A stretch of DNA of 64,000 nt from Marsupella aquatica (GCA_973895155.1 OZ316897.1:11865832-11929831), one strand, 5' to 3'; positions 11,701 to 26,457 are shown, numbered from the stretch's first letter. Program-made: numbers and translations. The notes: a model not told the origin generated them from the letters alone.

Positions 11701-14650
11701 CACCAATTGTGAAGGAAATGGGGTCCAGCCATGCAAAAGGCTTTTCTAAGTTTTATTCAATATTATGCTGCACCTTAATTTGCCATAATTATTCACCACA
11801 ACGACCTTATTTTATCAATACTGAACTCTATTTATCAAAATAGAAGATTTTTCGACATTTACACTAGTTCTTCAATCATTTGAATACATCTGTTTGGAGT
11901 GAATCAAATCATGAATAGATACGAGTAAGTTCAGGCTTGACGACAAAGTTTTTCTTGGGAGAGGTGGGGGGGGGGGGCACCTCGAGAAAGGTACCATCCT
12001 GGTTACAGTGCTTTGTGGGGTGTAATGCCCCCAAAACGGCTTTAGCCCAAGTTTGAGGGGACATTGTGGCCCACAGTGCCTGTAATTAGAAAATGAACTT
12101 ACGGAGAATCCCTCAGGGAGGTTTTGTAAAGAAACTAAGAACGAAGGGTCTTAGTCTTAAGAACGAAGAAGAAGTCAAAATGCCAGGATTTTAGACAATT
12201 TTGGGTTGTATTTGGTAAAAGTTTTGTACTCATACACATTCCTATGTAAGTTTGATAGGGCATTGCATAATTCACTCCTCAAAGCAAGGTGTGTATTATA
12301 GAGATGATATGCCATACAAAGCCAGAACTCACCAAAGTTTTTATGGTACGGTTAGATTATGTGCACAATACAAGGATAATTAGGCATTGAACCAGAAACA
12401 ACATGATTAAAGGTAAGTGGATCATAGTAAAATTTGAATTAACTTTTTAGAAAATAGGAATTTTATTTCTTTAAAAGAAATTGCTTATGAGCTTTGGAAC
12501 TATCTTTGGGAGAGGTAAACATGTTTTGAATTGTTTTCAAGTATGGTCAGTGAGGGCCTGGGCAGTCAAGCTCCTACTTAGACCCTGACCATTCAGAAGT
12601 TTTGCAGCAGTAACTTTTAATATACATTTTTAAGACCTCCTTCCAATGAGTGAGGACTAAGGAATTTCCAGCTTCCACTTGATCAAAGGTTTGAATGTCT
12701 GCTTGACGTCCTTTTGTTTTTTGAGACTTTGGTTTCAATTTTGGTCAAGTTGAACTGCTTCTCTTATCTTCTCTTCCAAATTCAATGATTACCTTCGATA
12801 TTTTTTTCTGTGGCTGTACTATGTTTGAGATTCTGCATCAGGTTAAATTGGACAGCTATGCAAAGATTTATTTATTTGACACAATTCAACCTTTTGTCTG
12901 CCCAATTAATCCAAGGTGAAGTTGCATTTGTGCTCAACCAGGGGGGCTGTGCACCTGGCCCTCTTTGCCTGTCACCTACCATCTTCCTGCTGATGGAAGG
13001 AAGGAAGAACATAAATATCGTTCCTAGCATCTATATATGGCCCTTGCAGGGTTGGGTATTGGCTGTAGTCCATGGCATCCTGACCAATATTACTTGATAC
13101 ACTGTTTGAAACATAACATGGGGAGTGCCATTTGTTTTAATTACAGTATGAAAACAAATCATATATTTGGATGCCAAATTTGGCCCTGTCTATGAAGGTT
13201 CTTCTGGAAACCTTGAAGTGCAACTAGGTTTGGCTTTCTTTGCTAGATGAGAACCATGATAGAAATTTTGGATAGGAGATGTAATTTGAAAGTTTTGCTG
13301 AGATAGAATTCATAAGATAGCTTTCATGAGGGCGATATCTATATCTAACCGCTACAATATACAATCTGACTCACCTTTTCCCCTCATTGTTTGCTTTCAA
13401 AATGTACTTTGGAGAGAATTCATTCTGACCCCTTGAAAATATTAAAGAGTAAATCCTTGGCCTTCACCCACACTTGGACTCATGCAGTGACATCCATACA
13501 AAGATTTTGATTGCAAGGTCATTTGAAGTTGAGTGTTGAGATGATATGTGGCTATCATGGGTACGTGTGTCTGAAAAAAAATCTAAGTAGGCCCCACATT
13601 ACATATTTGGACATATGCTCGCCCGATTCCCAAAATGGAAAGTGATAGATATAGAACCACACACATTAGATTCTTTCCCTAGTATGAAGTGTTTATTCCA
13701 GGTTATATTAACCCAAAATCCTAAATTCGTTTTTGCAACATCATTGACAATTGACACAGTGGACGTAGGAATAAAATGGTCAAAAACAATGAAATGGCCA
13801 CAATGATAAATTGTTCGCAACAATGAAATGACTCGAATGACAGTTGGGCAACACGCAGGCAATGGGTTCTTCAACACAGATTGAAGACATTGATGAAGAG
13901 TAAAAACTAAGTATAACTTTGGTGCGCAAGACAATTTGAAATCCCATCAAAGCTCAAAATTTTGGATGGAGATACATTGCAAGCTTACTATTTCACAATA
14001 TCATTCTAGCCAGTGCATTCTCAGTTGCCGGAAAGCACGTCACAGAACAAGGCAGCCAACCAGGAAGCAATTATCTGGGCTAAGTCAAATAAGAAAAACA
14101 TTAATCCAATGACAAAATTTAGGGGATGTGGGTTGAACCCTCATAAAACTTTGAAATTGATGCTACCATGGATCACAACGCTGGTCTTTTAAAACCCCCA
14201 TGGACCACATTTCCCAAAATTTGAGTTTAATTGTGACAACTTGATGTTAATTTCAAATATTTTTTCAGTTTTGAGGTGTGCTAGAGGAGTAGGCAAGCTA
14301 CGCCTCCATCACAGTGGCAAATTTTTTGGTCATTTTGGCTGAGTTATTTGTCATGGAATGTGGAGTGGTGTATTCTAAAAGATTAATTTTCATTGTGTTA
14401 TTATGAAATATTTGGGCTTGTGGTTTCTAAGATCTACTTCTTCCCTAGTTACCTTGCAAGTGCAAAAACTAAAAACATTATAAATAGTTATAGTGGCCCA
14501 AAACTCGGTCACAAAAACACGATCCATGGGAGTGACGTGTCCAACATGGTGGTCCATCCTGACACTTACAAAACTGTACTATGGATTTCTGCATAATAAT
14601 ATAATAATCTAACTTATTTTGATATAAAACATAAAATTTATATTGAGTTG

Positions 14651-14674
14651 TATATATATATATATATATATATA
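14651..14674. repeat. (TA)n microsatellite
   Basis: Uninterrupted run of about 12 TA units. Confidence 0.9.
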
Positions 14675-16038
14675 AAGGTGTATATATTTATCTTTAAATA
14701 AAAAACTAAAAACTAAACAAATCATTTATGATGTCGCACTATAAATTGAGAATGAGCTGAACATCTCGGGAAGATCGCCGGCGGTAACTTTTGTGTGGGT
14801 GAGCGAGGACCCGCTTACCGGAGATAGAGCCCGCGGAATGAATGAATGTTTCCCGGGAGCTAGCTCACCGACTGAGCCAGTGACGCAGTAGACAGTTGCG
14901 TTCGACGTGGTAGACCAGCGTCTCAACTGTGGTTAGCAGTGAGCTCGAGCATATATCATCTCCGCTCGCCAGTCATAGTGCAAGGTGACAGGCTTCTGTC
15001 TCGACACACCTTCCAATCGGACCCTATTCTTTGAATCAGGCCGACCTCCAAGTTCTCGCTCTCTCCATCGCTCCGCTTCCCGTCCCTCTCTCGCTCTTTC
15101 CCATCTCATCAGTGCTCGTTGTCTTCCTGCACGTACGTAGCTAGCCCATCTCTCCATCTTTCTTAGAATCCAATTTTCTTTGCTTCTCTCCATTTCTTCA
15201 CTCACTTCCTCTCGGGACCGGACCATCGCTGTAAATCCATCACTACTGGCTGCGTCTCTCCTCGACAGTGCTCCCTTTCGCTGCAGCGTCTTAAATCCAT
15301 CATTCACCCGTTGCTTCGATCTCTCCTCTCCCGTTCTCTTCGTTGTTTTAAAACCATCGTCAGCGCGTTGCTTGTCTCTCTAAGCTGAGGAAATTAGGAT
15401 CTATCATTCTGTCAAGAGCAGCGTACGTGCCACACCATTGTGCGGAAGGTTCAAGGGGTCAATCGAAAGACGGCCAGTCCCAAAAGTTTCGCAGAGTTTG
15501 GTCTAAGGTTTAAGAATCTGTATGTTTGGGCCAGCGCGATCGATCTAGAGCTCTGGCTAGACCTGAGTTTTCGATCGCCAGCCTTGGGGTTACAGTGGTA
15601 CATGTATGTCGTGGTCGAGTTAGCAAGGCTTGTATTGAAGTGTTTAATTTCAGACTTGGGGTTGGATACAATTCTTGGGTATCCAAAGTTCGCAGGATTG
15701 AGCCAGGTTGAAGGGTGATCGAGTTGCTTGCGGATTGAAGTCGACTGGGTAATGAAGCTCGCGGAATAGCTGTGAAGCAGTCCCCAACTTGGAGGAGACA
15801 TTTCCAAGTCTGTAGCTCACGGCTGTCATAAAAACGCTGGATTCTGGAGGAGCCGTTTAAGCTTAAGGATTGGAGGCAGGGAAAAGATTGCATTCATTAC
15901 TTAACTCTGCGAGTTTCAGTCACTTCAAGATAGCCCTAGGTGCACAAAGCTTTCGATACTAGGAGTTAATCTGAAAAACTAGAAGAGCCTTTACACCAAA
16001 TAGGTTGGCGAGTGGTGAGCTAGAGCACTGCAAGATTC

Positions 16039-18033
16039 ATGGCAGGTAGTACTGGAGTGCAGACCTTCAGTCACAATACCCGCCTTTCAGCTTCTGCTAT
16101 GAAAAGGGTGAGTGCTCCTACAACGCGTTCAAATTCAGGTGACAGTTCTTCATCCTTAATGGGAAGCAGCCCCAGATCATCAGAAGAGTCTTCATCTGGA
16201 GGTCGACCAAAGCGTGAATCAAGCTGTCCAGACGGCCTTCAAGATGGGAAACGGCCCGAGAGCTTTGGCAAAGGTGGTCCTGTACTCAAGGGCAGGAGAC
16301 GATTCGTGGGAGTAAGGCAAAGGCCCTCTGGCAGATGGGTATCAGAGATCAAAGACACTACACAGAAGATCAGGCTGTGGCTCGGAACATTCGACACAGC
16401 GGAGGATGCTGCTAGGGCATACGATGAAGCTGCTTGGCTTCTACGAGGTGCCAACACTCGCACTAATTTTGTTGTCGCCCCTTCCAAAGCTGACAATTCT
16501 GCTTTGCCTTCCAAAGCCGCGAGACTTCTCCTCCTGCGGAAAAATGCCATGATTGCTGCTGCCTCTGCTGCTGTCAAGCCAGGCTCAGAGAGTCCTACCT
16601 CGAAGCAAACGGAACAGCAGAAGCTACAGAGCCTGAGCGAGAACTTGATGGCCAGAGCGTCGGGGATTGCCGAGCCTCAGGAGCCCACACCAATGTCAAG
16701 ACATTTCATGCCACAGGCCAGTACTCCTATGCCTGGCCATAAATCTTCCCAAAGTCAGCGGCCGGAAGCTGATAGCGCTAGCAAGGGTGCAGGCTCTCCA
16801 GTGATGAGCAGCTCCACTACTCCACCATGTTCTGTTAGTTCAAACTCACCTTACAGCCGCGGAGACATGCGGTTTGAGTCGAGCTCTTCGGGTACCCATT
16901 TTGAACCTGGAAGAAATTTCCGAAGCACTATGGATCTGAGGAGTTTGAAGGTTGAGAGAAGTCCTGCGCCAGTGACTCTTGATACCAGGATGGTAATGGA
17001 GGAGAGGTGCGAAGTCGATAAAATTCCAACTATCGGAGCCGCAAATGTTCCAGAATTGTCGAGTGCCAGTAATAACTCATGTCGCAGGTTTACCATGGCC
17101 GAAGAACTGTGCAGTAGAGAGGTTGGCTTGCACCAGTCACGAGAGAAGCCCTACGACAACTGTGACGAGCATAGCGTCCGCGAGAGCGTCCGTGAGGATT
17201 CAAGGAACGACAGCGCTGCAGGGTTTCAAATCCAGGGTACTACAACAGTGCTCCGAGATGACCACAATAGTTCGAAGCCATTGGCTCAGCAGGACAGCTT
17301 CGATACAGATATGAGCAGCGGACTCTCGGGGTTGGACGACGTTGATTTAGGCTGTGTAGACTCGGACTTCGATTTCTCAGATGAGATTTCCATGGCTTGC
17401 GCGAACAGCGACATGTGCGGGACTGTAGCCAATCTCAGCAATTTCCTGAACGGGAATACTCCCGCGTTCCAAAATACTTGTGATGATGGTACTGCGGACA
17501 GCGCTGATGCAGCTGCAGCATCCCGGGTGGCCACCGAAGATCCTGAATTGTCCACCGAGCGCATGAGACAGATGATGTTTGGTAGGCAGCACTCGGGCGG
17601 GCTCTACGCCATGAACGGAGTGCAGGAGTGTTTGATGCTTTACAACAGTACTCCAGCACCCTACTGCATGTCTTCTCCCTCCCTCGCCTTACCTCCATCA
17701 TTTGGGAGGTCCCATTTACCGTTCAAGAACAGCAACGCATCTCAGGGTTGGGTCCATAACACAGTCAATTCAAAGGGAGCAGGTGGACAATTCCTGGGCA
17801 TGGGAGGAAATCTAGTGTCAACCGGAATCATGGATTCCAGCATTTACTCAGACTCTGGCAGTGCATTTTCTTCTTGCCAGCAATCTGATTATAGAGCGAC
17901 GAACAATGTCGTCGTTGGTGAGCATAGTCACGGCATTAGCGAGACACAGCAGTTGTCGACGATGGGTGCAGAGGGTCCTAGCCCAGAAGCTCTGTGGAAC
18001 ACATGGGACTTTACACCTCTATGCCCGGTATAA
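16039..18033 (+). CDS. AP2/ERF transcription factor, ERN1/RAP2.11-like (664 aa, intronless CDS)
   Basis: AP2 domain [59 protein letters not shown]-terminal motifs [24 protein letters not shown] and [13 protein letters not shown] resemble ERN1-type C-termini. A pyrimidine-rich leader lies at about 15050-15380. Confidence 0.95.
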   Translation: MAGSTGVQTFSHNTRLSASAMKRVSAPTTRSNSGDSSSSLMGSSPRSSEESSSGGRPKRESSCPDGLQDGKRPESFGKGGPVLKGRRRFVGVRQRPSGRWVSEIKDTTQKIRLWLGTFDTAEDAARAYDEAAWLLRGANTRTNFVVAPSKADNSALPSKAARLLLLRKNAMIAAASAAVKPGSESPTSKQTEQQKLQSLSENLMARASGIAEPQEPTPMSRHFMPQASTPMPGHKSSQSQRPEADSASKGAGSPVMSSSTTPPCSVSSNSPYSRGDMRFESSSSGTHFEPGRNFRSTMDLRSLKVERSPAPVTLDTRMVMEERCEVDKIPTIGAANVPELSSASNNSCRRFTMAEELCSREVGLHQSREKPYDNCDEHSVRESVREDSRNDSAAGFQIQGTTTVLRDDHNSSKPLAQQDSFDTDMSSGLSGLDDVDLGCVDSDFDFSDEISMACANSDMCGTVANLSNFLNGNTPAFQNTCDDGTADSADAAAASRVATEDPELSTERMRQMMFGRQHSGGLYAMNGVQECLMLYNSTPAPYCMSSPSLALPPSFGRSHLPFKNSNASQGWVHNTVNSKGAGGQFLGMGGNLVSTGIMDSSIYSDSGSAFSSCQQSDYRATNNVVVGEHSHGISETQQLSTMGAEGPSPEALWNTWDFTPLCPV

Positions 18034-21000
18034 CTCCCCTAAGTCTACTTCCTACAATAGATATATACAAATATGAAACTGGCCATTATTGGTTAAAGTT
18101 CTCGAGCTCGATGCTTCGATGTCCTTTGCTTTGTCTCAATATAGATACTGGCGGAACACTAGAACAGCATCGTCTCGAGCGCAAGAGGGTATCTATCTAT
18201 ATATGTATGCGTGTTGGGCAGTTCCCGAAGCATATATATAAATAATATGTGTATACATGTAAATACAGACGAAACGACACACAACTCCGGATCCAATGCG
18301 AGGTCGATCCATTGCCAAGGGCTTTGATAGCTTTCAATCTGAGTCTCTTGCTGGGGTCCTTCAGGAGTCGAGAGGGGCTGTTTTCTAGACAACGATCGAC
18401 CTATGATCACGAGTTAGTGTGTTGTCTAGCTGAGCTGCAGCAGAGTTCAGATTGGCAAGAAAGTGCATCAGTTAGAGTTACTTTGGAGAGAGCTCTTTCT
18501 GATATATTGAGGCACACTTTCTGCGGATAGTTTTGTGCACCCAACGAAATCTCGCGGCACCTGTTTTGTTAGTACTCGACATTTTAGCTAGAATGCTAAG
18601 CTTCTTAGGAGGACTTCGAATGTCTACGTAGTGAGCAAGCTTGGCAAAAGTGGTACACTCAATTTAGTAAATTTTGGCTTTCAGATCCGATTCTTAAAGG
18701 TCGATCTGAATTTAGGTCTGCAAGGTGAAGCTAAATTTTAAGAGCCCTCATTCTTAAAGTTCAAAGAATTACCGAGATTCTCAGGTAGAAAGTTGTAGCT
18801 CCGATATTGACTTCATATCAGATATATTAGAGCTAGCTAGAGAAAATTTAGTACTCCGGAAACCTATATAACGAGCCACTTGAAAGAGTGGGATTTGGAC
18901 AGACCAGTTGGCAAGTTGGATCATTGTGAAAATCATGTCCAATTATGGGAACGCAGGGAACACATATGGAAACCTTGGAGTCACATCTGGTGCACAAGCC
19001 TAATTTCTTTGGAAAACAGATATGTACGTGTTCTCAAAGTTCTTGAAAATCGAAATCATGATATGAGTTCCAGATCTTCAGCATCTTCAGCAGGGAATCC
19101 TTTCGTGGATATTGTCATAAACAGCAAATACAGAAATCAAACAGAGCTGTAGTGAATTTGACACAAATCTCCTGGAGACGTCACATTACTTGACTCGGAG
19201 CAAGTATATACGTATGACATCGAGAAAACTTACTGAATGCATCACCTGAGCTGCAAGGACTCGACCATGTATGGTACACGCCAGTACTACAACATCATCG
19301 AACCGCCCAGAGATGCGCGCAGTGTCTGGGAAAGCATTTCAGTATCTATTACAACATCCATAGTGATCGGGTTGAGAAGTTGAAAGTGAGTTGAGAAGTT
19401 GAAAGCCGCATGTTTTTATGTACCCAGTTTGTAACAGTCAGTCATGGATGTACACTAGACCTAGCTCAGCCGTGTCACAACCTCAACTGCTTAAGTTAGG
19501 ACTGAGGGAAGAGAGTGCTCTCAGAACCATTGATAGTCACCTACAAACCTATGCAATACGTGAGCTTTTCAGTTTTGAATTCAATAAATGTGACGGGTCT
19601 TGGTTAGGTTGAGTTCGTGGACAGTGCTTACACAGGAAGAGTTGTGACTTCATAACCGACTAGGTTGAGAGCACACATCGAGATCTGAAGACCTCAAGCT
19701 CAGAGCTTCACGTGGAACGGCAAATGTACTTATGGAATGGAAAATGAACACTCGGATATTTTTTGACCTCGAAAATTGTCCAGACTCGATGGACATCTTG
19801 CACTTGCCCCGCTCTATCATAGCAAGGCCAAAAAGCCAGCTTTATAATAGGGGAAAATACGCCGACAGATGGCTCTCTTGGATCTGTGCGATCCCAGTTA
19901 TTTAACCTTCGGTGGGCGAGCGCTTGGCGATGGTCTCGACGTACAGTCCCAAAGCTTGGTTGAGATCTCGCACGTGCCCTGCTCTGTCACAACAAGGCCT
20001 AAAAGCCAGCAAATATGGAAAAACACTGCCTGCTTGGATGTCTGTGTGGGGATTCTGAGGTAAGCCTAGATGGACTTTGACGCTCCCAAGGCTTAAATTG
20101 GCAAATCACCTCTTTTGGGCCAGGTGTGTCTTCTTTGCTCTACCTGGCGCGAGAATCTCCCGAGTTCCACATGTTTCTACTGTATACGCTAAACTGCACC
20201 AGCCAGGTGGTCCTTAACAATTAAAGAAACCCTTGGTCCCAAATGCAAACAAGCAAAGATCGTTGTCGTACAGGTGGGCTTCATTATTGGATACGGTAGT
20301 CTTATTTCCCATCCTCATTTAAAATCCAACATTTTATAAAATCAAGACTTCGGCCGGCAAAATGTCCGCTCTACATCGACTACATATGTTCTCCGTGCTG
20401 CTGAAATTAAAGCTGCTACTCTCCATTGAACGCGGAAGTACTTTCGTATTTGCAGCGTTTTCTAAAACCAAAAGTGAAAACATGGCAGTTACTCTGACGA
20501 ACATATAGATATGTATAGATTCGTAGATCTCTTGAGAGCTGAAGTCCAGCCTTTAGAGTAAAATTCGTTAACATCCGATCCAAATGTGGAAACGTGAGAT
20601 TTCTAGAAATGACGATGAAAACCTGTCATGATGAAACCCTTCGTTCTTACAACATCAGTTACACTCAGCAGAAGAGCTAACTGTGGCTAATGCTGCACTG
20701 CTAGGCCAACTGTTAGTATGGGATCCCAACAGTTCATATGGAAGGATTCCCTAGCTTCACCGTTCGACTGAAGCCCTCCAAAGGTCGTCTGCCGCAAAAC
20801 AAAATATTTAGTGAGAACGGTCTGGAAACTCCTCAGAATGTAACAGCTGGTTTCCGACCGAGGCTCAGATTTCTCGAGAAGGTTGTGGAAGCACCTAGCT
20901 AAGATCGAATGTAGCAAGGTATTTTTCTAATCGAGCATCTACCTTCGCGAGTACGTATCAAGTCCAGACCGCAGGTTAATGAGCCACCATGCATGTATAA

Positions 21001-21316
21001 GACAAGCTATTTGAACAGTCTTGCGAGCTTGTGTCTATTTTGCATTGGCAGATGTATATCGGGATCTATATTCCCGTCTGACTATATATATTATGCTTGA
21101 CTTCAACGACTTACAGTTTGCACATACAACTAGGCAGACTAAGTCAAACTCACAAAAGAAAGCCGGGGGTCGAGGCCAAGAACAATTATACTGTTTTTTG
21201 TCCATGACACTTACGACCTGCTTCAAATTCATCAACGTTCGTGAGCCTCCAAAGTTCATCCTTATCCAGCTTACTGCAATATGTGGCGAATTGTGACCCC
21301 TTGTGACTATCCTTGC

Positions 21317-22836
21317 GAGCAAAAGGCTTAATGGGGCCCCTCTAGATATCACTGACGAGCCACTCACGTTTGAAATAGACTTCCTAGGGCCCCTTGTCCC
21401 CTGCAGCCCTTACTCATGACCTATGTGATTATTTTTTTTCATTATTTTCCCTTTTTCTTCTTAAATTCTAATAGCACACAGCTATGTAACTTGTGTGATT
21501 ATTTTTCCCCTTTTTTAAATTCTAACAGCTAAGTACGTTATGCAAACAGCTGTCCTCCTTGGAAGTATTTTTCATGTATTTCTGTCTGAAAATACTAACA
21601 TATGGTACATACATACTTAGTACTTAGACCGTGGAGTCGTCTATTCATTTTATTCTTATATATTTTGAAGTACTTCTGCACAGAAAGTAGGTAGTATTAC
21701 TCTGGTCTAGATACTTATTACTTATTTGTCAGCCACTCGATCACATACCCTATTCTCAACTATGTTTCACCTTTCACAGGTGATTTTCATTCACTAGGAT
21801 TAGATTGATTAATTCCAGGTATGTGGGTACGTGTCTCTTTGATAGTACCCTGCACACTAAAGTTATGGTCAATTGTGATGTTTTTGTGTAACTGAAATAA
21901 GCAGGATTTGGGAGTCACGCCGCATGCTGAACTTATCAATGTCTTTACAGTTTTTACAGATTGGACTGGTGGTCACAAATAGTGACACGTGAAGTGAATT
22001 TTTTTAGTGTCGCTTTGAATAAACATAGAGAAGTGGGTTGCAATTATATGACTTTGATACCTAGTTTTGTGGTTGTTGCACCAATATTAAGCTCAAATTG
22101 TTAAGGTCATTTAACTGCTCTTACATCTGTTACTATGTGCATGCTCAGATATGCTCATTTTTATGAATTCAATTAATGCCTTCTGTACTAAGCTTAAGAA
22201 TAGAAATTGATAGTTTAAGTGGAATTGTCTAAATTGCCTGAATTACTCTACCTAATGTCCTCACCTCTAATTCAAAAATATCTTCCAAAAAATAACACCA
22301 AAGAAATGCTCAACTCTGACTGATGTGATTATTAATTTTCAAACCCGTTTCCGAAAAACCTTTGGCAAAATATTAAAATCAAAGAAATGTTTAAGTCCCA
22401 TGTAATTTATTTACAAAATCAGCTTTAAAAAAATTAGCACCCATCCATGAGTACCTAAAACCATTGGTTCACCTTACAAAAGTTCAGGCGAGACAAGACT
22501 TGGAGAAGTATTTTCAAGCATCAGTACTTCAAAAAGTTGACAGGGATTGAATAACTAAAGAGAGTAAGTATTACTTACCTTAAATACTATGTACCTTGCA
22601 TAAGTATTTCAAAACAAAAATAAAATGAACATGAGAGTATGATTGTGTTTTATATAGTATTTTCAGAAAAATTATAATAAAACTTACTTCTAGAGAATAC
22701 CTCTGGTGGATTGATGTACAAAACTGTACATAAGATGTTAAAATTTTAAAAAAGGGAAAAATAATCACACAGGTCATGACAAGGGGCCCTAGGAAGTCTA
22801 TTTCAAAACTGGAGGGGCTCATCTGGTATTTTGCTG
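21317..22836. mobile_element. Non-autonomous Mutator-like element with long imperfect TIRs
   Basis: 10-bp direct repeat CTATCCTTGC at 21307-21316 and 22837-22846. Inverted ends (G/C)AGCAAAA...GCCCCTC, plus an exact inverted block TTTGAAATAGACTTCCTAGGGCCCCTTGTC. Confidence 0.85.
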
Positions 22837-25800
22837 CTATCCTTGCCAATCTTAGACTCCAGACACTTCTCCAAGTTAAAGTTGGCAGCATGTACCTTGT
22901 GGTTTCTTTGGCGATCTGGCTCTTGGGGTGACCCTACCAGCGAAGGTAAATTAATATGACCCTGTCCTCTTGCTGACAGCACGTTTGGATCCTTTCTTTG
23001 CTGGTCCTTGAAGAATGGGAAGAGTAGAAAAGACAATAAGTGGGAGGCTAAAAACCTTCAAACCTTGCATGAATACTATTAATACAATTCATTCCTGTAG
23101 ACTGTCGTATGTTGCTTGGAAGGCAGTCTCTTCAGGGAGACGATTTTGGACATACTGCAATACTTTAACTCTTTTAACTCAGAGAGAGGGATGACGACAA
23201 TTTTGCACTCGCGACAATTATGGAGTCCAGTTGTCTAGAAACTCACCCCAAAATTCCATGAATGAAATATTTAATCATCTCTACACTGAATTAGTTACAT
23301 AGTTGGAGCTGCAAGGGAGTCTTCTAGCCAGTTTAGCTGTTTGTAGACATAATATTTTCAGTAAAACTCCCCCTGTTTCTATGCACCTGTTTGAAGGGCA
23401 AAGTGTCCTCTTTTTCCATAGTCCACTTACTTTTCTCCTCATGAATAACCCTTAGCTTTTAAAGGGGAAGGTGTGGGTTCAATTGTCCCTAAACAAATTG
23501 AGCTACAAAGTTGGAGCTGAGCAGCACATTCCAATTATTTTAGCTTTTTGCAAACTAACATAATTTCTGTACATGCATGATAATTTGGTTGTTAGCTGCA
23601 AGTGATAAACCACCTATTTGTGAGTTTGCAGGCCAGAAACTTTACTTCCCGGAAAACTAGTGTGACTGTGTCCAGAGCCAAAACCAAGAGGTTTGAGACA
23701 GCCTAATAGGGCGTGTCAAAGCCTGCCCATAAAATGCTTTAATTTGCAACCAGTCGAACACAAAACCTTAGTTCCAGGATACCTATATTAAAGGTGCCTG
23801 GTAAGGATCAGGTGTCCAAAAAGTGGATGTGTATAGGGACAAGTTGTTGTTTAAGATTAATTAATTAATTACAACCTTATTAATTACAACCATAGAACCT
23901 GCTTTGACAACCACTAATCTCACCGGACAGACTCAACCCAATCACAAAGGAAGGACCGAGGCAGCCGCCCGGCCCCTACTATTTCAACGGTCAGGATTCC
24001 CACCAGACATCGGGGGGCGCATCCAGCGATTGGGGTGAATGGAACTGAGCACCTTCGTGGGGCTGGCAGACTGGGGGGCGGCCGCAACGAGCGACGCTTT
24101 GGATATGATGTCGCCACAGAAACGCATTGTGTGGGAGAATGCTCGATTCCCCACGCTGACCTCGGGCTACAATCGTTCCAAAATGGAATTTCCAGCCCAT
24201 CGATCAGGCGCAAATTGTTGGGAGGATCAAAAGGCACCCACCAATTCCTTTGTGAGGCACCTTTATTGTACATGCATAATTGATCGATCGAGCGATCGAT
24301 CAATTCAGCTGCAGCTGCTAATTACTATCCTTCCCTTCTATGTAGTTCGATCTACCAAGTAGTCACCTGGGACTATCATTCTCGCTTGCTCGCGGTAGAG
24401 TAATGGATTCATTTCAATTTGCATGTTTCAACTAAACCGTAATTAAACTTATTGGAGCTTGAGGTTTTCAAGTTCTATGGATACTCATAAAGAATTGCGC
24501 CTGATTGATCGGGTGAGGATTGTCGTTTCTCTACTCGACGTATGATTACTTGGTGCACCTGACGCTTTCGAGACTTGTTGATACTGATACTAAAGGATCT
24601 CCTTGAGATAGACCACGATCGAACAAACTTTGGCGTACACTACTCGGCACGCAATCAAGTTTCCATACTCAATGTGTACAGAACTGTTGTTACACTTGGC
24701 TGCCAATTGAACCGATAGTAAGTGAGTCCTAATTCAGAGTATCTCAAATGAACAGGTGTAGCTTGGTAGAAAACAATCTTACTTTGCATTCATGATTTCA
24801 ATCTGAACTTTTTGGAAATCTTTCACCGAAAACTGCAGTATACAGTGGTAGACCTGTACTTTAGTTTGACTTCATGAAGTCATTTACAATGTCAATTAGA
24901 AAACCCCTCAGCGTTGCTAAGGTTTTCAATTCCATGCTTTCGAACAAATAATCAAATGGGCACATACTTGCGACTTAGAGCCTACGTACATACTTGTCAG
25001 TCCTGACATAGTTTGATTCGACATTTTTTGATTCATTTCAATTCATCAGCTGGCCAGTAAATGTTAGTACTTAATCGGTACTTAATTAGACAGCTCGATG
25101 CAGCAGCTGCAGCTGCAGCCCAGTAAGTTAGAGCTCTGTCACGTACGTTACAAAGTCTCTCTCAATCGAAACATTTGATGTAAATGCGGGAAAGTTCCAA
25201 GGATCATTAGAACTACCCAAACTTACGGAAACAAGACGCGTTACGAGAATTTCTCACATTTTTCTGTCAGAATTGGGCAGTACGTACTCGATCTAAAGCT
25301 ATGCAAAACTCGTCCACTGACTGACACTCCAGTAAACCGGTTGCAAGCTTGCCAGCATACCCCATTAGTTAACTAAGCAAGACAACTAACTCCTGGTTGT
25401 AATTTCTATCGTTTCACCTTTTCGGGGAAACATAGGCAGACTGTTACATTGCCCTGCCTGGCTAGAGTAGAGTAGAGTAGAGTAGTAGATTCTTAGACTC
25501 TTAGTCAAGTCGATGATACTGGTCCCGCAAGTACAGTTGCTCGTTGTACAGTTCAGTACGGTAATATAGCATTGTTCACTCCAACGAAGCGAAGCTGGCT
25601 TTTTGCCAATTATTGTACGTTGTGTCTCAATCTTCGCCGAACTAAGGGCCGCCTACTTATGGACAGTTGAGTAATCTATTCGCTTGATCAATCCAGAATC
25701 GGAAGTTGGAATGTCAGCGGAATTGCGTAATTGCGGCCAGTAAGATAGGAGAGGTGCGTATTCTATAGATTAAACTTATTCAAGGTCTCCATTCACGTTG

Positions 25801-26391
25801 AAGCTCGACAATAAGTTAGTACTTTCTTGGTCAGCATGCTTTTAACCCAATAGGCCACGAGCCCAAGACATAAATTAAAGCCGCAAATTTTCCATGCACG
25901 CGGTTCTGTAGTCCCCGTACCGACCGACAATCATTGAGCGCAGAATCTCATACTACTTCGAAAATCTTGTTTGTAAGCTGCCTAGCAAACGCGGAGCCGT
26001 TGTCGACCGTATTCGAGCCAATCGATAAAAATAATGCTGTTGAGACATTCCGATGCAACTCCTGCTAGCTGGGTACAGATCTGAGTCCGCAATCGGGGAC
26101 CCAAGATATCTACTCTCCCTCAGCCGATCTTGCAGGCGACAAGTGCATCGTGTGGTCTAGCTATGGTTTTCCAACCTAGCGATGGTTCTCCAGCCTAGGC
26201 TTTTGCAGGGGCTTTTTGACCAAAAGAGTCTTTGTCTCCAAAACTGCCCTGTGATAGTTTTTTACTGGTCGGGATCCAGTACATTGGCTGGTCCATCGTT
26301 CGGAATCCTAGGTTTCCACAAACCAGAAATATATATCTAGATTTCTGTCCAGACGAAATTTGACTACATCTAGGGATCCTAGCTACTAGGA

Positions 26392-26457
26392 CCCAATCAC
26401 TACATTCGGCTCTTCTTCTCAATCAAGGACGCCCAATCACTACATTCGGCTCTTCTT
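26392..26457. repeat. Short direct duplication, 40-bp spacing
   Basis: CCCAATCACTACATTCGGCTCTTCTT occurs twice. Confidence 0.8.

Noticed and set aside
12000-14320. Possible decayed DNA transposon with CACAGTG ends
   Set aside because: The CACAGTG motifs face the same way, no TIR pair or TSD was found, and no diagnostic protein motif was readable.
16239-17701. Antisense and alternate-frame ORFs over the ERF gene
   Set aside because: Shadow ORFs of a GC-rich coding region with no independent motifs.
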